A stretch of 64,000 nt of DNA. It comes from a virus. Positions within the stretch are counted from its first letter, which is position 1; every line of letters begins with the position of its first letter. Location: IMG/VR virus record IMGVR_UViG_3300046167_000815, positions 1-64,000 of that record; one strand, 5' to 3'. This document shows, in pieces, positions 45,401-54,166 of this stretch. The notes below the pieces were generated by a model. That model did not search any database, was not told the DNA's origin, and worked only from the letters and a program-made list of their open reading frames with translations. Position numbers and translations under genes: made by a program.

Positions 45401-48400
45401 GGTACTATTATTCTTCCTCAAGAAGCTACTACTCAAGCAGGACTCGATTTTGATATTGATAAACTTTCTATGATTATTCCTGAGTACAGAATAACAAAAG
45501 AAGGTAAAATAGAATACAAAAAATATTTAAATGAAAATTCTTCTGCTGAAGAAATTGTGGACGCTATTTTTGACAGTAATAGTTCTTACGAATCTTTTGT
45601 TAATAAGTATGTTCCAAAAAGCAGTCAAAAAAGAATACTAAAGTTAAAAGAAGAAGCTGATCAAGATATTTTTAATTCTGTTTTATCAAGAAACAACTGG
45701 AAAAAAGATGTAGGTTTTACAGAGATTGTAACAGAAATAAAAGATTTAACAGAAGAAAGTAAAAAAGAAACAGACCCTGTAAAAAAAGCCGCTCTTAAAA
45801 AACAAATTAATTCTTTACGTAATAAAGTATACGAAGAAAAAGATTTATTTGATGCAGGTGTTAATACTGCGCATGAAAGATACAAGACTCTTAAAAAAGA
45901 TATAGCTGGTTTTGTAGAAACGATTTCTAAAGACGAATACGTAGACTTTAATACTAAAGCAACACGTAATAATCAATTATTACAAATAATGATTGGTATT
46001 ATGGAAAATAAAGAAACGGCTCTTTCTATTATTGACTCTGGTAACTTTGATAAGTTAATAGAATTAGGAACTAGTACTAGAATACTACAACTACCAAAAG
46101 ATTCTAATCTTAAAAAAGAAGGTATAGATATTTTAAAAGATTTTAAATCTGGAAAAATAGATGTTTTACAATATAGAGAACTACTTAAAGATTTTTCTAA
46201 AAAATTAGATGATAAGGATTTTAATATAAATTATCCTTCTACACAATTGACTTTGTTTAGACGTAATATGACAGGTAAAAAGCTAATTGGTATTTTTGCA
46301 AATCATAATTCTAATCATGCTAAAGCACAATACACAAATCTTGCTTTGAATTCAAGTGTTAAATTTGATGGAATAGAATACAACAGTTTAAATAATGTAA
46401 AAAATTCTGAAGGAGAAAGAATATCTAAATCATTAGCAATTAAATTAGCTGCTGTTGTAGACAACGCTCAAGAACCTGTATCTGCTTATTTAAATATGAA
46501 CACTTACACGGCCAATGTAATCGCATACTTATCTAGATTAGGAGTTAAAGAAGATACTATTTTTGCTTTTGTTAATCAACCTTCAATTGTAGAACTTACA
46601 AAAGAGCACTTTAACGAAAAAGGATCTGCTGCAACAGAAAAAAATAGAGTAGACAAACACATTGCACAGCTAAAAGGAGATTTAGGCATCAATAATATTA
46701 GTTTAGATTCTATAGAAATGGAAGAAGGGAATCTAAATTTAAAAGAATTGCAAGATGCTTTAGATAATAATAACTCTAAAGAAACATTAATTACTCAGTA
46801 TAAAGCGTTAGTAGCTTTTAAAGATCATTACAATATAGCAGAAGAATTAAGCCAAATAACGCAAGCTTCTAAAGTAGATACTCAACCTGTAGGTCCTTCT
46901 AATGGAGAAAACTATGTAATGATTAATAAACAACAAAGAGTATTAAATAGAAGTAACTCTATGATTACAGGTAAAGAAGAATTATTTTTTACAGAATCAG
47001 AGCAATTAATTAATCCTGCTTTTAATAAATATGGATGGTTAAAACCTTTAGGTATTTTAAATAAAGTATTTCCTTCTATAGGAAAAATTTCTACAGAAAC
47101 AGGTAGTATACAATACTCTATGCTAGGAAAAATAAAAAATTTCTTTTCTGATTTAAAAACAGATTTTAATTTAACAGCTTCGGAAGCACGCCAGGTAGAC
47201 AGTCTGTTTATGTCTTACATAGGGTCTAAACTTCCTTTCTTTAATTACAAAGATGCTACAAGAGTTTTAAATGAAGTTCCTGATACATTGCGTAAGTACA
47301 AAGAAGAAAACCCAGATTCTATTTACATGCCGCTTTTAGAAGCTTTGTATACTAAAGATGCTACAAGAACTGTTCCTGTACGTAGAATAGAATACTACAA
47401 TACAGGTAAGAAGAGTTTAGATCATGAAGAAGCAAGAGCAGCTTGGAAACAAATGCTAACTGCAGAAAATGCTAAAGACAGAAAACTAGCGTTAGATTTA
47501 GTTAAATATACTTTTTTCTCTAATGGATATAGTTTTAGTTCTTATTCATTCTTTAATATGATTCCTGTAGAGTTTTGGAAAGACTCTTTTGCAAAAGAAG
47601 ATATTAATAAAGGAGTAGGACTTTTAGACGAAAACAATAATAGTTTTAATGATATAGCTGAATTAGTTTTTGAAGATTTAAAAAACGAACCTGCGGTAGG
47701 AGTTGACGGTTACATAACACAATCAGGCGCTGTATATAATTTTATTAAACAGTTTATACAAAATACTGCAGAAAAATCTATGGTAGTACCTTCTTTAAAT
47801 TTAAAAGAAGATACTCCAAGAGGATTTACTCCTAAAAAAGGAGTTTTAAAATTAGCACCTGACGAAGTATTTGTTTTTGGAACTACACAAGAAGGAGCTC
47901 ATAATATAGATGCTGCAGGGTTTGCTTTTAGCGGAAACGCTACAACAAATAAATCTTTGTATAAAAAAGGAGACACAGGTAAATGGACTCAATACGGTAT
48001 AACGGGTCAAATTACACTTGGTACAGAAGGACAAGGATTTGGTATAAGAATGCAAAAAGCTACTTTTAAAGATGGGTCTTTAGAAAAAATAGAAGGTCCT
48101 AAACAATTAGAAGAAGCTGAAAGTAGAAAGCTTATAACATCTATGAAATCTGATTTAAGAAAATTAATTAAAGCAGCTAACGAAAATAATAATAAAACTT
48201 TTATTGTAGGAAATTTAGATAATTCTACTAATGATACAGGAAGAACAAGTTTTAAAATTATTAAACAAGCTTTAGAAGAAGTTAACAAAGAAGCTATGTT
48301 TCCTGAAAATGTAATTTTTCCTGAAAAATACGATCCAAGGATAAATAACAATAGAAAAATTGTAAAAGTTGATAATACTCAAAGTTTAATTATTAGAAAA

Positions 48401-48964
48401 GCAGCTCATCAAAACTATAAAAATAATGATGGAGTTTTTCCTTCTTTCTTTAAAGTAACTAAAAATAAAGTTACTAGTGTTTACGAAATAAATAAAGAAA
48501 CTTTAGATAAGGATTACTTAGAATACAATAAGATTCCTACATTAGGAACTAACAATTTTATTGTAGAATTTAATTACAATAATCCTATAAATGAGTCTAT
48601 AGTTCCTAAAATTATTAAGAAGAGCAGCGGTTTAACTTTGACCAACAAAAAAGAAATAGAGGAAAAGTATCAAGAAGCTCCTCCAATAGATCCTACAAAC
48701 TCTTCTTTGTTTACTATTTCTACAAAAGAAGTACTGGAAGATTTAAAAGACGACGATTACCCAGACATAGATGTTTTACAATTTTCTGCGCCTACAATAA
48801 AATCAAACATAGAAACACCAAATATTGGGCCCAAGGAAGCTCCTTACTCAGAATATAGTACTTTAGCAAAAAGTAAAAAGCAAGTTCCTATGCCAGAAAG
48901 TATTTGGGAAAAAGCAAGCGCTTTAGAAAAAGCAAGTATTATGATACAACTTAAAGAATGTTAA
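39494..48964 (+). CDS. Virion-packaged RNA polymerase polyprotein (crAss/phi14:2 gp66-like) with zincin-like and Macro-like accessory domains
   Basis: Catalytic AGLDFDIDKL (DFDID at 45446-45460), GYRIPTED, FESAVKVG, KRYKQIVSPG, TDAATFI, AAVVDNA; HEAFH zincin motif at 41348-41362. Confidence 0.92.
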   Translation: MACRYFVGGYSLTEAQFKKVLNDGLLDQLLVKQGIEIPGFNIKEEFIESTLESAKQGPVELRVVSKINSKKRINNQLEKVSYTEGDVIGGTNRRSAARKLTTVIKEANDQIKKENKRLNKKRKPIDLILVTSVGGKLQYGENISKKVVQEIEDSPYVNLEDGFIYMLVPSSYGLYPIRLESRFLGETNVGSQVKENVKKLFTETDNKVFDNIAKNISRFLYKTTIKKTPEGVNITTTKADKEQVSKTFETAEELITFILGDRAGKKLNKDKDGNLSTNKGLLAHVNSLKINNNVKDPNSLSNDFYANNEFITTDVYTEGGNFFNSSSFVVEAFNPTTQTTKVLGEILSSSIPVKEESEASSKIVKPIVKEETKEDELPINNKTIEEVQELQSIYIPIENSNLQYRVYVRAKENTLEMYEVEKGSLVAVPNSNAKKWKVSSKANSKETSIARKEAKPKFDELKKQFGTKDTTTPEGGIYQDPKTGEDVGTGLFDNPIVEETESTPETETNISGIFDYGEEGDVGEDLDIKPRTRTVDNKENAVQWDKEKELKWLIDKLGRKVLDGKVSLFNSVEDLESYLPKETYEMLLEARKNGKFLNGLFTKAGMYISNNAFDGTGFHEAFHVVFNLGLNLEQRISLLNEAVEKYSDEISPEATLIKIEEVLADKFMEYVQAEGEVKGLVGKIGKWFKAMFRGFKLFFNKNSVVSISDLFSDIQLGVYKNKITFENTDLTKIHPENIKLRETENTNKSNNDPIPELDPRLKKDAFQYMENRLFQELDKIREENADFKNLSDSELINEISKQGGIKRIYGVLLYRMSLDAKASANAGKDISNLLEIWNAFTNNNKAIEKTIIAGKRMPIFKLGLTPLAKEFNRSLRNRGININLDSIEDLKYTFTEEEENSFAKDVENSTAEERWQQAYIEINPQETLSQLTRRRLSTIPKMIIVDGEEVRATNRLGIPINYSEKEVFAYLAHNITDSYSPSKMVNRLKELSDKKPFIEEILNMIQKYPNFKNSLYTTLASKTFQKFLMVLEVDGNYRTFYSNRKSIDNLITETMINGFVVDENPLFDKHDSESELKGQIDFETPIKKKVSEQIARLNSLTERSKVTTTKEEITDFISDFAKFLKDNHLSVSEDQLLEIWNPDTENTKSKWNNIVKLLSSTGKIFKELEQGRNPFLQMRVSDDSVFKNVLKEFVFRAKSGMEKDLSIAFVNGNKKAVYAVQYSNYLNKLISKFKNPKDFKEYKAEIANDPLLSSMPMITDLLTEEGEASQLMDNLETVIFDSLARSGKNTNVDYSDLSDIEIESMAMAAFFKQGNKSNYGYYKLPIPADNSVLPLIQYKKYDFKEVVDRFVQVANAERKRINFFKNLPEDSSLLLIENFKKNAGKYHILNFLNGKVSENTSVDDIRIIIEDHLLTEFLELQKEKYKDAGIIKEYEKGPNGKITFTDGVISKSQEKNSSEFFKSYLFNSYLMNTQMTTIFAGDPAFYTGTGDYQKRYKQIVSPGTFTNSEIIYDKYSGLVFNDEVAPTESYVVDNIIDLVRASDLPAENKKELIARWESTRSTTSDKGHNNLTDAATFISLDRAKNILVSLDRYTPAHKKAFERIKKGIEKPEDSALFSVSKPFMFSKMNIEGVEVPIQIKNSEVLLTKALAYKKDADGNFMRPKLVAAYDLLNNPKPDGPQIDFIAFESAVKVGAIGSKLDEEGNVTYNELVEDDEGKLILNGPPAIVTLDHADWRLQQEVPPKYEDASGNFGSQLRNLIISDMSMDGIYKINKKDYTGREVARMYQDLIVENLQESYEDVEEMFLDEDGEIDYKKITTHLRAEITRRNLGEEYFKAIELVDNVRKNKKTPTLPLWHPLVSYKVESLLNSFFKNNVTKQKIKGGAMVNATSYGVSEELEFYIDKNGNYLMEALLPWWTKRFFPKNKDGEIDLKTLPKELTALLGYRIPTEDKYSMFNIKVVGFTDSAAGGTIILPQEATTQAGLDFDIDKLSMIIPEYRITKEGKIEYKKYLNENSSAEEIVDAIFDSNSSYESFVNKYVPKSSQKRILKLKEEADQDIFNSVLSRNNWKKDVGFTEIVTEIKDLTEESKKETDPVKKAALKKQINSLRNKVYEEKDLFDAGVNTAHERYKTLKKDIAGFVETISKDEYVDFNTKATRNNQLLQIMIGIMENKETALSIIDSGNFDKLIELGTSTRILQLPKDSNLKKEGIDILKDFKSGKIDVLQYRELLKDFSKKLDDKDFNINYPSTQLTLFRRNMTGKKLIGIFANHNSNHAKAQYTNLALNSSVKFDGIEYNSLNNVKNSEGERISKSLAIKLAAVVDNAQEPVSAYLNMNTYTANVIAYLSRLGVKEDTIFAFVNQPSIVELTKEHFNEKGSAATEKNRVDKHIAQLKGDLGINNISLDSIEMEEGNLNLKELQDALDNNNSKETLITQYKALVAFKDHYNIAEELSQITQASKVDTQPVGPSNGENYVMINKQQRVLNRSNSMITGKEELFFTESEQLINPAFNKYGWLKPLGILNKVFPSIGKISTETGSIQYSMLGKIKNFFSDLKTDFNLTASEARQVDSLFMSYIGSKLPFFNYKDATRVLNEVPDTLRKYKEENPDSIYMPLLEALYTKDATRTVPVRRIEYYNTGKKSLDHEEARAAWKQMLTAENAKDRKLALDLVKYTFFSNGYSFSSYSFFNMIPVEFWKDSFAKEDINKGVGLLDENNNSFNDIAELVFEDLKNEPAVGVDGYITQSGAVYNFIKQFIQNTAEKSMVVPSLNLKEDTPRGFTPKKGVLKLAPDEVFVFGTTQEGAHNIDAAGFAFSGNATTNKSLYKKGDTGKWTQYGITGQITLGTEGQGFGIRMQKATFKDGSLEKIEGPKQLEEAESRKLITSMKSDLRKLIKAANENNNKTFIVGNLDNSTNDTGRTSFKIIKQALEEVNKEAMFPENVIFPEKYDPRINNNRKIVKVDNTQSLIIRKAAHQNYKNNDGVFPSFFKVTKNKVTSVYEINKETLDKDYLEYNKIPTLGTNNFIVEFNYNNPINESIVPKIIKKSSGLTLTNKKEIEEKYQEAPPIDPTNSSLFTISTKEVLEDLKDDDYPDIDVLQFSAPTIKSNIETPNIGPKEAPYSEYSTLAKSKKQVPMPESIWEKASALEKASIMIQLKEC

Positions 48965-48965
48965 T

Positions 48966-51900
48966 ATGAATTGTATAAATATAAATCACCCAGAATATAA
49001 GTCTTTATTAAACAGTACAAAAGAACATCCGCATGTTTTAAACTACAAAATAAGTTTATGGATGGACAAAAACGGAACAGATAGTTTTCCTACTGCTAAT
49101 GAAGTTTTGTCTATTCCTTTTGGCCAAGGGGTATTTTATAATATTAATCCTATAAAACAATTAGGTATTAAATACAATATGAACCAAGCAGGTTTTATGC
49201 CTGCAAATGTAGACTTAGCACAGGTTCAAAGAGACGCTAGAAAATTAAATTTAACGGTCCATAGAGCTGCTTCTCGTATGTGGTTCTTTAAAGACTCTAG
49301 TAAAAGATTCATCAATCCCTTCAAATACAGACAGTTAGAAACAAGTACTCCTCTCAATCCCAACCAAGATCTAACTGACAGACTTTTAAAGTGGGCTAAT
49401 ACTCACGGTATTGCCGTAACTACTTTAGAAGAAATGATGAATAGGGCAACAGACTCAGACTCTTTAAAAGGGTCTGTAGCTGTTGCTGACTTACTTAATA
49501 GAATAATAGCTATAGATCCACAAAAAGAAGGATACGATACATTAGCGGAAGAAGTAGCACACTTTGCTACTAGCATATTAAAAGACGATGTTTCTGTAAA
49601 GAAAGCTATGGAGAAAATAGTAGATACAGAAATGTATAAAGAGGTAAAAGAGGTTTACGCTGAACTATATAATAATGAAGAAGACTTTAGAAAAGAAGCC
49701 GTAGATAAACTACTTACTCAAGTTATTCTAGATAAGTTTCAAGAAACAAAAGAAACAAAAGGAGTGCTGCCTTTTATTAAAGGAATCTTTAGCAAGTTTA
49801 AAAAATGGGTTTCTAAATTTAGAAAGTCAGATGCTGCAGAAGAAATTAAAAATGATTTATATCCTCTTGCACAATCTATTCTTAACAATGAATATTTAGG
49901 AACTGCTAATACTGTAGACGCAACAAGTAACACTGTATTCTACCAAAAAGGATTAGTGTATACTCCAGAATCTGAAACAGAATTACTAGAATCTTTACCT
50001 GAATCAATAGAAAAAGTTAAAGCTAAATTTGTTATAGCGGCTACTAATAAACTTAATGAACGATTAGAACAACTTAGAAGAAATAGCGCTAAGGCAAAAA
50101 AAGTAAAAAGTTTACAAAAAGAAATAGATACTTTAAAAGAACAAATAGAAAAAAATGAACTTACTGTAAGTGCTTTAGGAGTAATAGAATTAGCCAGAAA
50201 AGAGCTTGTTCCTATAAATAAAATGCTAGATACTTTTATTGAAAAAAATGCTACTAATGGTAAGGACTTAGAAATGATAGAAAAATTTTCTGAAATGTAT
50301 CAGAATTTATTTACAGATTTTCAAGAAGGAATGTCTGTATTAAATTTTTCTAAAGAAGAAAATCAAAATCTTCTTAATATGCTACAAGAAGTTCGTTCCG
50401 AAATATTACAAATGGATTCTAGAAATAGAGCTCTTATAAAAGAAAACGCACTTACTGTATTAGAAGAAGGCAATGTAGGCCCTGACGGTCAAAAAATAGA
50501 TCCTGATTTTAATGCAGAAACCGCTTTTAATTTTACTAAAGAAGATGCTTCTGCCTGGAGACTACAAGTAGGTAATTACAAACTTTCTAATTCTCCTATT
50601 ATAAGAGCAGTCCATAAAATATTATTTGATGCTACTCAAGCTGTAAAAAGATTTGCAATTTCAAAAGGTAACGTTTTACTAAGGGCACAACTAGAAATGG
50701 AAAATGCTGGAGTAAAAGTAGAAGATTTAATAGAAAAAGATGCAAATGGAAAGTATACTCAGTACCTTATACGTAAAGAAGACTGGGCAGGATACTATGC
50801 TGAAAGATCTAAAATGCAAGAAAAACTTGCAAAAGAATTAGGTTACGATAGCTATGCAGATCTTGATACTAGCCAGCTTTCTGAAAAAGATTTAAAAACT
50901 TATAAAAGAGTTACTAAAGCATTTTTTAGAGAAAATTCTCTTTTAAGTTATGATTCTGAAGGAACAATTATAGGCAGAAAACCTAAAACTCTTAATCCTA
51001 AGTTTGCAGAATTAATGAAAAATCCTGCAGTTAAAAATTATTATGATTTACTAATAGATACTAAAACAGAAGCTCTTTCTAAATTGCCTACTCAATATAG
51101 AACTTCTGCTTCTATATATTTATTGCCAGGAATAAGAGCTCAGTTTTTAGAAAAACTTACTGATAACAACCAGTCTTTTTTAACTAATATGAGAGAGACT
51201 GTAAAAGAAGCTTTCTTTATTGATGAAGATGATACTCAGTTTGGGGAAATATCTGCACTAAATAATAGAATGGTCCCTATATATTTTAACCAACGTTTTG
51301 ATAATCCTGCAAATTTATCTAGAGATTTAACTAGAAGTTATACTGTGTATTCTGAAATGGCAGAAAACTTTAAATCTATGAACACCATAGCAGGTGATGT
51401 ATATACTATTTCTAGTGCTTTAAGTAGAAAAAAATACCAAAAAGGAAAACAACAAGTAGAAGGTATCGTTTCTAGAGATTTTAAAATACTGCAAAACATG
51501 TTAGATCAAAATGTTTACGGTATAGTAAAGAAAGATGTTAGTGTAACAGTAAAAGATACTCCTCTTACTAGAAAATTACATCTTGCTAATAAGTCTTTTT
51601 CTTTTACTAAGTTGGCGCAAAAAGTTTCTAAGTATATTTCTTTAAATAACTTGGCCTTAAATCCTTTTACTTCTACTGCAGGTTATTTAAAAGGGTCTAT
51701 TGATTCTCTTGTAGAAGATCAAATAGGATTATATACTACATTAGAATCTAAAAACTGGGCAAGAGGAGAGTATGCTAAAAATATACTACATGTCTTACAA
51801 GAAGTTCCTAAAAAAAGACAGACAAATAAAATGCATCTTTTATTACAACGTAACGGAGTTGTAGAGCTTAGTAAAATGCTTAGAAATACTAATAAGAATA

Positions 51901-53060
51901 AACTACTTTCTGATGTTACTAGTAGAGACCTTATGTTTTTAAATTATCGTACTGCTGACTACGCTATTAAAGGTAGAGTAGCATTGTCTATTTACGATAA
52001 CATAAGATTAGTAGACGGTAATTTTATAAACAAAAAGAACTTTTTAGAAAAGTCTGAAAAAGAAGGCCTATCTAAAAAAGAAGCTAATAAAAAATGGAAA
52101 GAGTCTAGAGACAAAAGTTTGTACAATGCTTATGAAGTAGTAGACGGCATTCTGCAAGTAAAACCAGAGTTTAAGCAATACGTTACTGATGGGGTAGAAA
52201 ATGCGGCTGTGGGACAAGTTAATCATGTAGCTAACACAGTAGACGGTACGCTATCAGAAAGTGATAAAGGAGCACTAGCTCGTACAGTATATGGAGATTT
52301 TGTACTTATGCACCGTGGATGGTTTATAAATATGATAGATTCTAGATTTACTAAGAAAAAAGTAAACTTTATTACTGGAGAAGAAGAGATGGGTATATAC
52401 CCTGCTGCAGGAGATTTCATATATCAAGATATAATTAAAGGTAAGAATCTTACTCCTTGGGATATTTATTCTGCTTATAAAAATATAGCTAGTCCTGCTA
52501 AAAAACGAGGAGTTAAAAAAGCAACTTTAGATCTTATTTATTTACAAGTTGTAGCTCTCATAAGTGCTATGGTAAATGTAGCAGCAGACGACGATGATGA
52601 AAATATGATGCTACAATTAGCAGCATACCAAATGAATAGAGTGCTCTTAGAACAAGCTGCAGGACAACCTTTGTTAAACACAGGGGAATTACTTCAAATT
52701 ATAGATGAACCTGTTGTGGGTGTAAGAACTGTAAAAGATTTAGTAGATATTAAAGAAATATTTAATTTTAAACCTTACCAAAGCGGAATGTATAAAGGAT
52801 GGACTCACGCAGGTAAGTGGGCCATTAAAAAAATACCTGGATACAAAAATATTTACGAAAGTCAGTTTCCTGATCTAAAAAATAATTTCTTAAAAAATCA
52901 AATTATAGATTCTTATACTTATGATTTATTAAAAGAAAAACAAGACGATAGTGAATTTACTTTATTAGAAAGACTAGCTCTTATATTTAAAGACCAACAG
53001 CCAGATAACGAAAGTACTGTGGTCCAATATATAGAAGCACTAGAAGAAGACAACTACTAA
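48966..53060 (+). CDS. Giant ejection protein downstream of vRNAP (1364 aa)
   Basis: MNCININHPEYK.L start, degenerate zincin LAEEVAHF...KEAVDKLL, helical C-terminal domain; last gene of the virion module. Confidence 0.7.
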   Translation: MNCININHPEYKSLLNSTKEHPHVLNYKISLWMDKNGTDSFPTANEVLSIPFGQGVFYNINPIKQLGIKYNMNQAGFMPANVDLAQVQRDARKLNLTVHRAASRMWFFKDSSKRFINPFKYRQLETSTPLNPNQDLTDRLLKWANTHGIAVTTLEEMMNRATDSDSLKGSVAVADLLNRIIAIDPQKEGYDTLAEEVAHFATSILKDDVSVKKAMEKIVDTEMYKEVKEVYAELYNNEEDFRKEAVDKLLTQVILDKFQETKETKGVLPFIKGIFSKFKKWVSKFRKSDAAEEIKNDLYPLAQSILNNEYLGTANTVDATSNTVFYQKGLVYTPESETELLESLPESIEKVKAKFVIAATNKLNERLEQLRRNSAKAKKVKSLQKEIDTLKEQIEKNELTVSALGVIELARKELVPINKMLDTFIEKNATNGKDLEMIEKFSEMYQNLFTDFQEGMSVLNFSKEENQNLLNMLQEVRSEILQMDSRNRALIKENALTVLEEGNVGPDGQKIDPDFNAETAFNFTKEDASAWRLQVGNYKLSNSPIIRAVHKILFDATQAVKRFAISKGNVLLRAQLEMENAGVKVEDLIEKDANGKYTQYLIRKEDWAGYYAERSKMQEKLAKELGYDSYADLDTSQLSEKDLKTYKRVTKAFFRENSLLSYDSEGTIIGRKPKTLNPKFAELMKNPAVKNYYDLLIDTKTEALSKLPTQYRTSASIYLLPGIRAQFLEKLTDNNQSFLTNMRETVKEAFFIDEDDTQFGEISALNNRMVPIYFNQRFDNPANLSRDLTRSYTVYSEMAENFKSMNTIAGDVYTISSALSRKKYQKGKQQVEGIVSRDFKILQNMLDQNVYGIVKKDVSVTVKDTPLTRKLHLANKSFSFTKLAQKVSKYISLNNLALNPFTSTAGYLKGSIDSLVEDQIGLYTTLESKNWARGEYAKNILHVLQEVPKKRQTNKMHLLLQRNGVVELSKMLRNTNKNKLLSDVTSRDLMFLNYRTADYAIKGRVALSIYDNIRLVDGNFINKKNFLEKSEKEGLSKKEANKKWKESRDKSLYNAYEVVDGILQVKPEFKQYVTDGVENAAVGQVNHVANTVDGTLSESDKGALARTVYGDFVLMHRGWFINMIDSRFTKKKVNFITGEEEMGIYPAAGDFIYQDIIKGKNLTPWDIYSAYKNIASPAKKRGVKKATLDLIYLQVVALISAMVNVAADDDDENMMLQLAAYQMNRVLLEQAAGQPLLNTGELLQIIDEPVVGVRTVKDLVDIKEIFNFKPYQSGMYKGWTHAGKWAIKKIPGYKNIYESQFPDLKNNFLKNQIIDSYTYDLLKEKQDDSEFTLLERLALIFKDQQPDNESTVVQYIEALEEDNY

Positions 53061-53073
53061 ACCGTAAAATTTT

Positions 53074-53099
53074 TTCAGAGAGCCCTTGAGCTCTCTGAA
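53074..53099. terminator. Probable bidirectional terminator between the convergent modules
   Basis: TTCAGAGAGC-ccttga-GCTCTCTGAA perfect 10-bp stem in an AT-rich gap between convergent stop codons. Confidence 0.75.
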
Positions 53100-53104
53100 T
53101 TAAT

Positions 53105-53973
53105 TTAAAAAATATATCTAATTTTATTCCACGGAATCATTTCATCGTGTAAGTTTTTAAAATATTTTATATACTTAGATTTTAATCCTTTAGCATATCT
53201 AATATTTTTACCGCCATATTGAGAAGTTTTTACTTCTTGTTTTTTAGGCTGCCACAATAAATCTTCTCCTGATACGTTATTAGCTACATTATACTTATGT
53301 TTATTTTCATTATGAGTTAAAAAATAACCTCTGACAATACATCTTTTTTATACTCTTCTTTAATATGCATATCACATAAAGCAAATAACTTAGCATAATG
53401 TTTTAGCCAATCGTCAAACACAACTACTGGACTAAAATTTAAGTGCACTTCATACCCAGCTTCAATAAATTTATTTACTGATTTAATCCTGTCTATAATA
53501 TCTGGAGTATTAGGCTCTAATTTTTCTTTGATTATTTGCGGCATAAGACTAAATCTAATTCTTACTTTCTTTTTAGGATTAAATTCTAAGAACTTAGTAG
53601 GAATTATTTTAGTAGCAAACGTTGCTTTAGCAATAGGATGCTCTACAAAAAACTCAAATATTTTTTGCCATTCGTGGTATTTAGCATGTAAAGCAAAATC
53701 TTCGTTACAAGCAATGTCATAAGTAACATACTCAGGATCCGTTTGATTAGGCTTTTTTACATCAGCATAAAAATATGCATGATTGTTAATCGCTGTTAGT
53801 ATATCGCCATAGTTTTTTGCAACAGTAAGGCCTTCTGGCAAATGCCTTTTCATATAACAGTAGGAGCATTTAAGTAAACAGCCGAACCCAAAAGAAGGCG
53901 AGATATAATCGCTACTTCTTTCTGACAATCGGATTTCCATAGCTTTTCTACTGACTTTCTTTATTTCAGTCAT
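53105..53973 (-). CDS. splB: Spore photoproduct lyase-like radical SAM protein (one-base deletion in homopolymer at ~53322)
   Basis: CxxxCxxC (GCLLKCSYCY), FATK, RIRFSLMP, LEP.T..I.DRI, GYEVHLNFSPV; corrected frame continues EVIFLTHN...YGGKNIRY...IPWNKIRYIF*. Confidence 0.82.
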
Positions 53974-53985
53974 ATGTACTTCTAT

Positions 53986-54156
53986 TTATGATCCACAACC
54001 AATGCAATCTATATGGCTATCCATAGGTTTAATTCCTTTAAGTTTCATTTGTAAGTTATGAATTTCGTCTTTAATATTCATATCTTGAAACATGTCACCA
54101 GTTAATTGCGATTCTAAAGAAGCTATAGTAGCTTCTAATTCTTCTTTGTTTTCCAT
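53986..54156 (-). CDS. Small protein with C-terminal CxxC (56 aa; not in ORF track)
   Basis: MENKEELEATIASLESQLTGDMFQDMNIKDEIHNLQMKLKGIKPMDSHIDCIGCGS*; fills the gap between neighbours. Confidence 0.75.
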   Translation of the reverse strand: MENKEELEATIASLESQLTGDMFQDMNIKDEIHNLQMKLKGIKPMDSHIDCIGCGS

Positions 54157-54166
54157 GATTTTTATT

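Noticed and set aside
491-52420. Numerous short antisense ORFs in the ORF track (and plus-strand ORFs within 53.5-63.5 kb)
   Set aside because: They lie wholly opposite or within long well-supported genes and have the Phe/Ser/Leu-rich composition expected from antisense reading of AT-rich coding DNA.
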